Positions 57,925-64,000 of a DNA stretch of 64,000 bases are shown one piece after another. Position 1 is the stretch's first letter. The number at the start of each line of letters is the position of its first letter. The stretch covers positions 30,892 through 94,891 of the forward strand of contig JBEKFE010000006.1 in NCBI GenBank assembly GCA_050013475.1, given 5' to 3'. Source of the DNA: Bacteroidales bacterium. Its GTDB lineage: Bacteria > Bacteroidota > Bacteroidia > Bacteroidales > VadinHA17. The notes beneath the pieces were generated by a model, which saw nothing but the letters and a program-made list of their open reading frames with translations, did not search any database and had not been told where the DNA came from. The position numbers and the translations under genes are program-made.

Positions 57925-58395
57925 TTATTGAACAATAATCCACCTGACTTTTTCCAGTACCTTTTCGAGTATTTCGGGATACTTTTTCTTTAATTCCAGA
58001 GTGAATTCTTCACTGAATTCCATATCTTCAATGATCTCAATGGCAATTATATGCAGATCTTCCGGCAGATCCAGATTCAGAGTACGACCCAGTTTAAGGG
58101 CTGTGAGGAATGATACATCGTGAAGATTAGACAGATGCAAAGTGTCCTGGAAATCAGAAGGGATAAAATAATATACATCACCTGGCTTGCCTTCGCGGGT
58201 GCGGATCGCATCTATGAAAATAACCCGCTTAAAATCCCTGATGTGATCAATTATCTCCAGACCACCGCAGCCAGCCTTTTCATAATCAAGATCCGGATCG
58301 CTGATCATTTTCCCGATGTCATCGACAAGCCGGAAACCAATACCATCATCTGTCAGGATATTATTCCCGATTCCCAGGATCAAAGTTTTTTTCAT
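57925..58395 (-). CDS. Hydrogenase maturation endopeptidase (HycI/HybD family)
   Basis: LGIGNNILTDDGIG, IFIDAI, NLHDV. Confidence 0.93.
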   Translation of the reverse strand: MKKTLILGIGNNILTDDGIGFRLVDDIGKMISDPDLDYEKAGCGGLEIIDHIRDFKRVIFIDAIRTREGKPGDVYYFIPSDFQDTLHLSNLHDVSFLTALKLGRTLNLDLPEDLHIIAIEIIEDMEFSEEFTLELKKKYPEILEKVLEKVRWIIVQ

Positions 58396-58497
58396 CCTCG
58401 TATTTCATTGAGAGAGCAGATGACACAGAGCAGGATGGAACCGTAAACTCTATAATGTTGTACTGCCCTTCTTTTCTGTAAATATAGTAAAGTGTTA

Positions 58498-58515
58498 ATG
58501 TGAGATTATTCACAT
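58498..58515. promoter_or_regulatory. Rex-type operator in the divergent protease/rex region
   Basis: ATGTGAG-ATTA-TTCACAT (11/14). Confidence 0.65.
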
Positions 58516-58680
58516 AAAAAATATATTATAAAGATATATTAATCAATCTAATATATCACAATTATTATTATTTATATTATGGATAACATTTTAAATATCT
58601 ATAAATCAGTTATAAAATAAAATATTTTGTATTTATAAAATTTGATTATCTTGCATATTAAAGTAAATTAAAAACATTTG

Positions 58681-58698
58681 ACGTGAAACAATTCACAA
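58681..58698. promoter_or_regulatory. Rex operator overlapping the rex start codon (autoregulation)
   Basis: ACGTGAA-ACAA-TTCACAA (12/14). Confidence 0.7.
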
Positions 58699-59321
58699 GA
58701 AATATTATTAAAAACAGTCTTAAGAGGATCTTCCTGTATCGGGCATGTTTACTGCGACAAAAACTGATGGGGGTTGAAAAGGTCTTTTCCTATACCCTTG
58801 CCAAGGAGACAGGAGTTACACCTGACCAGGTACGGAAAGACTTCTCGGAGTTCAAAATTACCGGGAATAAGAGGGGAGGATATGATATTAATGAACTGCT
58901 CGAAAAAATGGAAATAATATTCCATCGTAACAAGGACAACAATATTGTACTTGTCGGGATGGGCAACATGGGTCTGGCATTATCGAAATACGGTAAGTTC
59001 CTTCAGAGGCATATGAACATTGTTGCCACATTCGACATAGATCCTTTTAAGCAGAAAATGAGATCGGGTATTCCTGTTTATTCAATGAACCGGTTAAAAG
59101 AAATAATCGACAGGTTCAATGTCAAAGTGGCAATAGTCGCTGTTCCGGAAATTTCTGCACAGGAGGTTGTTGATGAGCTCCTCAGTTATGGTATAAAGGG
59201 GATAGTGAACTTTGCTCCGGGTCTGCTGAAGGTACCGCAGGCAGTGGTAATTAATAATGTTAACCTTTGCGATGAACTTGAGAGTGTTATTTATTATGTT
59301 CACAAGATAATGGAGTCATAG
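58683..59321 (+). CDS. rex: Redox-sensing transcriptional repressor Rex
   Basis: wHTH QVRKDFS..GNKRGGY, Rossmann GMGNMGLAL, GIVNFAP. Confidence 0.93.
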   Translation: MKQFTRNIIKNSLKRIFLYRACLLRQKLMGVEKVFSYTLAKETGVTPDQVRKDFSEFKITGNKRGGYDINELLEKMEIIFHRNKDNNIVLVGMGNMGLALSKYGKFLQRHMNIVATFDIDPFKQKMRSGIPVYSMNRLKEIIDRFNVKVAIVAVPEISAQEVVDELLSYGIKGIVNFAPGLLKVPQAVVINNVNLCDELESVIYYVHKIMES

Positions 59322-59341
59322 GAGCATAAAAACTCAGAGGT

Positions 59342-61606
59342 ATTAAAAAGGGATATGAAATATTAATAAGAGGGCTCGTGCAGGGTGTCGGGTTCCGTCC
59401 ATTTATCTACAGGCTGGCGGCATTATATCAATTAAATGGCAAGGTAGATAACAGGGCTAATGGCGTAATGATCAATGTTGAGGGTGAAGAGGAGAAAGTC
59501 CTTAAATTCAAAGATCATATTCTGATGTCTCCACCTGCCGCATCTCAAATCAAGTCAGTCGAAATAAGACAAACTGATCTAGCAGGCTACGAAAACTTTT
59601 TTATTGATATTAGTAAATCAGGGGATTCCGAAATTACTGAGATAAGTCCCGATATAGCCGTCTGCTCAGATTGCCTTGAGGATCTTCAGAATGACCCGGA
59701 AAGAATTGATTACGCGTTTACAAACTGCACTAATTGCGGACCAAGATTTACAATTGTTGAAGGACTTCCTTACGACAGGAATAAGACATCTATGAAAGAT
59801 TTCAGGATGTGTGATCATTGTGCTTCGGAATATACAGATATATTGAATCGCAGATTTCACGCTCAGCCGGTCGCCTGTAACTCTTGCGGTCCTGTCTTTT
59901 CTCTTGAAGTGAATGGGCAAAGAATTGAGGAGATCAGCGACATATTAGATGTTGTCTCCGGCAGGATAATGGATGGGAGATCTGTGGCGATAAAGGGACT
60001 TGGCGGTTATCACCTGCTCTGTAATGCCTTGGATGATAAAGCGGTTAAAGAGCTGAGATCGAGAAAGCACCGTGATGCAAAACCTTTTGCTGTGATGTTC
60101 AGGGATATCCTGTCAGCTGAAGAATATTGCTTCGTGAATCCGGCAGAATATCGCGAACTTACATCATGGCGGAGACCAATACTTATACTTAAGCAGAAGA
60201 AAGCCCTTGCCCAATCTGTAAATAACGGACTTGGTACTATTGGTGCTATTCTCCCTTACATGCCGATTCATTATCTCCTCTTAAGCAGGCTGGAAACACC
60301 GGTCATTGTACTGACAAGCGGTAATATTTCAGATGAACCGCTGATAAAGGATGATAATCTGGCCCACGAAAGCCTCCAACCGATAACCGGGGCCATTATG
60401 AGCTACAACAGGGAAATAGTAAACAGGGCTGATGATTCGGTTGTAAGAATAATCGGGAACAGGATCAGTATTATACGTCGTTCCAGGGGATATGTGCCAT
60501 CTCCCGTTGATCTGGCATACAATGTTGACGGTGTTCTGGCCCTTGGAGCTGAGCAAAAGAACAGCTTTTGCATTGGCAGAGATAAGCAGGCAATAATGAG
60601 CCAGTTCATCGGGGACCTTAAAAACCTGCCGGTATACGAATTCTATTTGGAATCTCTTGCACGTTTTAAAGATCTTTTCAGGTTCAAACCGGAGTTTCTG
60701 GTCTGTGATATGCATCCCGATTATCTCTCTTCCTTTCATGCGCAGAAGCTTGAAAGCGAGCTTAATATTCCTTTGATAAGGGTGCAGCACCATCATGCAC
60801 ATATAGCCTCATGCATGGCAGAGCACCATCTGGATGAAAAAGTAATTGGCCTCAGTATGGACGGGACAGGCTTCGGAGCAGACGGAAATATTTGGGGGGG
60901 AGAGTTCCTGGTTGCAGATCTGAAAGAGTTCCGCCGGTACACTCATTTCGATTATGTCCCATTGCCTGGAGCCAATAAGGCAGTCGAGGAACCATGGAGG
61001 ATGGCATTCTCTTACCTTTATAAATATTTCAGGAATGAAATTGATTATAATGCAATTCCTTGTTTCAAATCTGTTAATACCGGCGAGATGAACCTTCTCA
61101 GGGAAATGATTGATAAAAACATTAATTCACCATTAAGCTCAGGAGCAGGGCGTTTATTTGATGCCGTATCTGCAATGCTGGGATTATGCTCAGTTGCCGG
61201 TTTTGACTCAGAAGCACCGATAAGACTGGAGTCAGTAATTGACGGTGAAACTGACAAGCATTATCCATACCAAATTGGCACTACTGTTGTTTTTGCAGAA
61301 ACACTTCGGGCACTCCTTGATGATCTGGGAAAAGAAGGAGTTTCAATTATTTCTTCAAAATTTCATAATACGGTAGCCAGGGCCATTGCAGATGTTTCTG
61401 AAAAGATGAGGGCAGAGACTTCAATTAATAAGGTAGTACTCTCCGGAGGAGTGTTCCAGAATAAATACCTCACGGAAAAATTAACAAACATTCTGATAAG
61501 AAAAAAATTTGAGGTATTTTCAAATCAGCTGGTGCCTGCAAATGATGGTGGTATCTCGCTGGGACAGTTGATAGTTGCATCTAAAACAATTGGATTATGT
61601 GCTTAA
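59342..61606 (+). CDS. hypF: Carbamoyltransferase HypF (start uncertain: ATT 59342 or GTG 59378)
   Basis: VQGVGFRPF, two CxxC-X18-CxxC Zn fingers, RRFHAQP, KGLGG, QHHHAH, PANDGGISLGQ. Confidence 0.96.
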   Translation: MKKGYEILIRGLVQGVGFRPFIYRLAALYQLNGKVDNRANGVMINVEGEEEKVLKFKDHILMSPPAASQIKSVEIRQTDLAGYENFFIDISKSGDSEITEISPDIAVCSDCLEDLQNDPERIDYAFTNCTNCGPRFTIVEGLPYDRNKTSMKDFRMCDHCASEYTDILNRRFHAQPVACNSCGPVFSLEVNGQRIEEISDILDVVSGRIMDGRSVAIKGLGGYHLLCNALDDKAVKELRSRKHRDAKPFAVMFRDILSAEEYCFVNPAEYRELTSWRRPILILKQKKALAQSVNNGLGTIGAILPYMPIHYLLLSRLETPVIVLTSGNISDEPLIKDDNLAHESLQPITGAIMSYNREIVNRADDSVVRIIGNRISIIRRSRGYVPSPVDLAYNVDGVLALGAEQKNSFCIGRDKQAIMSQFIGDLKNLPVYEFYLESLARFKDLFRFKPEFLVCDMHPDYLSSFHAQKLESELNIPLIRVQHHHAHIASCMAEHHLDEKVIGLSMDGTGFGADGNIWGGEFLVADLKEFRRYTHFDYVPLPGANKAVEEPWRMAFSYLYKYFRNEIDYNAIPCFKSVNTGEMNLLREMIDKNINSPLSSGAGRLFDAVSAMLGLCSVAGFDSEAPIRLESVIDGETDKHYPYQIGTTVVFAETLRALLDDLGKEGVSIISSKFHNTVARAIADVSEKMRAETSINKVVLSGGVFQNKYLTEKLTNILIRKKFEVFSNQLVPANDGGISLGQLIVASKTIGLCA

Positions 61607-61821
61607 GCATTCCGGCAAAAGTGGTTGATATTGAAGGCGATATGGCTGAGGTTTCCATTGGAGGGACAATCTTAAAAGCAGGTCTTCAAATGGTTGAAAA
61701 TGTGGCGATCGGCGATTATGTTCTTCTTCACACAGGATTTGCAATTCAAAAAATAAGTGAGGAGGAGGCAATGGAGACTCTTAAGATTCTGCAGGAATTG
61801 GATGATCTGACGGACAAATAA
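61597..61821 (+). CDS. hypC: HypC hydrogenase chaperone
   Basis: MCLSIPAKV, GDYVLLHTGFAI. Confidence 0.96.
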   Translation: MCLSIPAKVVDIEGDMAEVSIGGTILKAGLQMVENVAIGDYVLLHTGFAIQKISEEEAMETLKILQELDDLTDK

Positions 61822-61828
61822 CGGCACA

Positions 61829-62914
61829 GTGAAATATATTGATGAGTACAGGGATAAAGATTTGATTATTAAGCTTTCGGATCTTATTAAGAAAGCTGCA
61901 ATTCATACTTATACTTTTATGGAAGTATGCGGAGGTCATACCTCAGCGATAAGCAGGTTTGGCATACCTTCACTTTTACCTGGGAATATTAAGCTGATCT
62001 CTGGCCCTGGATGCCCGGTTTGTGTCACTGACACCAGCTTTATTGACAAAGCCATTGCTCTTTCGATAAGAGAAGATACAATTATTGCATCTTTTGGGGA
62101 CCTTATCAGAGTTCCCGGGTCGGAATCATCCCTTGAGAAAGAAAAGATGATGGGTCGGGATATACGAATTGTATTGTCTGGCCTTGAAGCTCTGGATATC
62201 GCAAAAGCAAACAATGAAAAGAAAATAGTTTTTCTTGGTATAGGATTTGAAACTACTGCTCCGGGAACTGCAGTAACGATTAAGGAGGCGTACAAAGCCG
62301 GAGCAAAAAATTTCTTTCTGCTAAGCGCACACAAGGTAATGCCTCCTGCAATGGAAGTAATTATAAAAGAGGGAATTAACCTGAATGGGTTTATTTGTCC
62401 CGGACATGTCGCAGCTATTACAGGTTCCAGACCTTTCAGGTTCATTCCTGAAAAATATAAAATAGGATGCGTAATTACCGGATTTGAACCGGTAGATATT
62501 CTGCAGGCAATTTACATGCTGGTCAGGCAGGTGAACGAAAAGGATGCTAAAATGGAGATCCAGTACAGGAGAGCTGTTACAGAGTCAGGTAATCCTATAG
62601 CATTGGAAACCATGAAAGAGGTTTTTGAGACTTGCGATGAACACTGGAGAGGACTTGGCCTCATTCCTTCAAGCGGACTGAAGCTGAGGAAAGAGTTTGA
62701 GAAATATGATGCAGGGAAGCTGATGCAATTCCCGATCAAAGAGAAACCGGAAAACAAATTTTGCATTTGTGGTGACATACTCAGGGGTATGAAAACACCC
62801 GCCGATTGTACGCTTTTTGCCCGACTATGCGTCCCGGAAAATCCGGTAGGGGCCTGTATGGTATCAGCCGAAGGCGCATGCAGCGTTTTTTATAAATACA
62901 GAATTAATGGATAA
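61829..62914 (+). CDS. hypD: HypD
   Basis: MEVCGGHT, GPGCPVC, GFETTAP, PGHV, GACMVSAEGAC. Confidence 0.97.
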   Translation: MKYIDEYRDKDLIIKLSDLIKKAAIHTYTFMEVCGGHTSAISRFGIPSLLPGNIKLISGPGCPVCVTDTSFIDKAIALSIREDTIIASFGDLIRVPGSESSLEKEKMMGRDIRIVLSGLEALDIAKANNEKKIVFLGIGFETTAPGTAVTIKEAYKAGAKNFFLLSAHKVMPPAMEVIIKEGINLNGFICPGHVAAITGSRPFRFIPEKYKIGCVITGFEPVDILQAIYMLVRQVNEKDAKMEIQYRRAVTESGNPIALETMKEVFETCDEHWRGLGLIPSSGLKLRKEFEKYDAGKLMQFPIKEKPENKFCICGDILRGMKTPADCTLFARLCVPENPVGACMVSAEGACSVFYKYRING

Positions 62915-63914
62915 ATGTATCACGCTAAATCATGGGACCGGAGGCAAGCTTACAGGCGAGCTGATCAGGGATGTTTTTGCAGGCAGGTTTGGAATTGCCG
63001 AACCTCTTACAGATTCGGCAATAATTGACATACAGGGATCCAGCCTTGCCTTTACAACTGATTCATACGTAGTGGACCCCTTATTTTTCCCGGGAGGGAA
63101 TATCGGAAAACTTGCAGTGTGTGGTACCGTAAATGATATTGCTGTTTCCGGAGCATCACCCGATTGTCTGTCGGCTGCTTTTATTATTGAAGAGGGATTT
63201 CTTCTGGATGATCTGATCAGAATAGTGGAATCGATGGCTGAGGAGGCAAAAATTGCAGGTGTACGTATCGTAACCGGAGATACCAAAGTAGTTGAAAAAG
63301 GAAAATGTGATGGTATCTTTATTACCACTTCGGGATACGGTCATCTGAGGTCCGGTTGTGAACATATCAGCAGCGCCGTGAATGTCAGGGAAGGCGATAG
63401 TCTTATCATCACCGGTCCGGTAGGTAACCACTCCGTTGCGGTAATGGGTGCCAGGAAAAAAATTAATTTCAGTACACCTGTTGAATCTGATGTTGCATGC
63501 CTCAACCATCTTATTGACAAAGTTCTTGACCGGTCAGGGGAAATACATTTTATGAGAGATCTGACTCGTGGAGGGCTTGCCACAGTTCTTAATGAGTTAT
63601 GCAGAATGACAGGTTTAACGATGGAAATAAATGAATCATGTGTTCCTGTTGAAGAACCAGTACAGGGAATTTGTGAAATACTGGGATTTGATCCGCTCTA
63701 TCTGGCAAATGAAGGAAAAGCATTGATCGTTGCAGGAGATGAGGATCATGAAAAAGTAATGGCAGTTCTGCGATCCGATCCTCTTGGAAGGAACTCTTCG
63801 GTGATAGGTAAGGTCCTGGAGGATAAAAACCATCTGGTAGTAATGAATACATCGATCGGAGGAAGACGTATACTCGATCTTCATTCAGGGACACAACTTC
63901 CCAGGATCTGTTAA
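62907..63914 (+). CDS. hypE: HypE
   Basis: TTDSYVV..FPGGNIG, GDTKVV, MRDLTRGG, terminal PRIC. Confidence 0.97.
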   Translation: MDKCITLNHGTGGKLTGELIRDVFAGRFGIAEPLTDSAIIDIQGSSLAFTTDSYVVDPLFFPGGNIGKLAVCGTVNDIAVSGASPDCLSAAFIIEEGFLLDDLIRIVESMAEEAKIAGVRIVTGDTKVVEKGKCDGIFITTSGYGHLRSGCEHISSAVNVREGDSLIITGPVGNHSVAVMGARKKINFSTPVESDVACLNHLIDKVLDRSGEIHFMRDLTRGGLATVLNELCRMTGLTMEINESCVPVEEPVQGICEILGFDPLYLANEGKALIVAGDEDHEKVMAVLRSDPLGRNSSVIGKVLEDKNHLVVMNTSIGGRRILDLHSGTQLPRIC

Positions 63915-63923
63915 GCTTAAGTT

Positions 63924-64000
63924 ATGCATGAAATACAAATAGCACAGAATTTATCCGCAATAGTGCTGGAAGTCGCTGAAAGAGAGAAACTATCAGTTGT
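63924..64000 (+). CDS. hypA: HypA nickel metallochaperone (5' fragment, truncated by window end)
   Basis: MHEIQIAQNLSAIVLEVAEREKLSV: MHE start motif directly after hypE. Confidence 0.85.
   Translation, partial: MHEIQIAQNLSAIVLEVAEREKLSV

Noticed and set aside
58396-58470. Possible remnant of a hydrogenase large-subunit C-terminus (SCSV / CVICS) upstream of the maturation protease
   Set aside because: Needs frameshifts, lacks DPC and has no start codon; more simply a 5' UTR downstream of a promoter and Rex box.

Overview
Chromosomal fragment of an anaerobic Bacteroidota (Bacteroidales-like) bacterium, judged from SusC/SusD, TAnnTTTG promoters and a single-chain PurL. Left to right it holds: a truncated multi-PAS sensor, an Omp85 barrel, tRNA-Pro(TGG), a beta-1,3/1,6-glucan (laminarin-type) PUL with a propeller/Y_Y_Y/LuxR regulator, a polyphosphate locus (pfk-sixA-ppk1 with a divergent CHAD gene), an SQR-TusE-DsrE sulfur-relay operon, a five-gene heterodisulfide-reductase-like operon resembling the sHdr system but ending in a membrane-anchored HdrE/D-like fusion, housekeeping genes (purL, dcp, PPIases, tkt), and a hydrogenase region (mvhDGA-hdrA'-qmoC-like-hdrA'', maturation protease, rex, hypFCDEA). 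The strongest candidate for an undescribed system is the redox ensemble. A group 3c [NiFe]-hydrogenase is paired with two reciprocally truncated HdrA paralogs and a QmoC-like membrane subunit, with no HdrB or AprAB. Rex-type operators occur at this operon, at the sHdr-like operon and at the SQR-TusE-DsrE operon, which suggests a Rex-controlled H2 -> (ferredoxin + quinone) -> persulfide/sulfur circuit. All functional calls come from reading motifs by eye; no searches were run.
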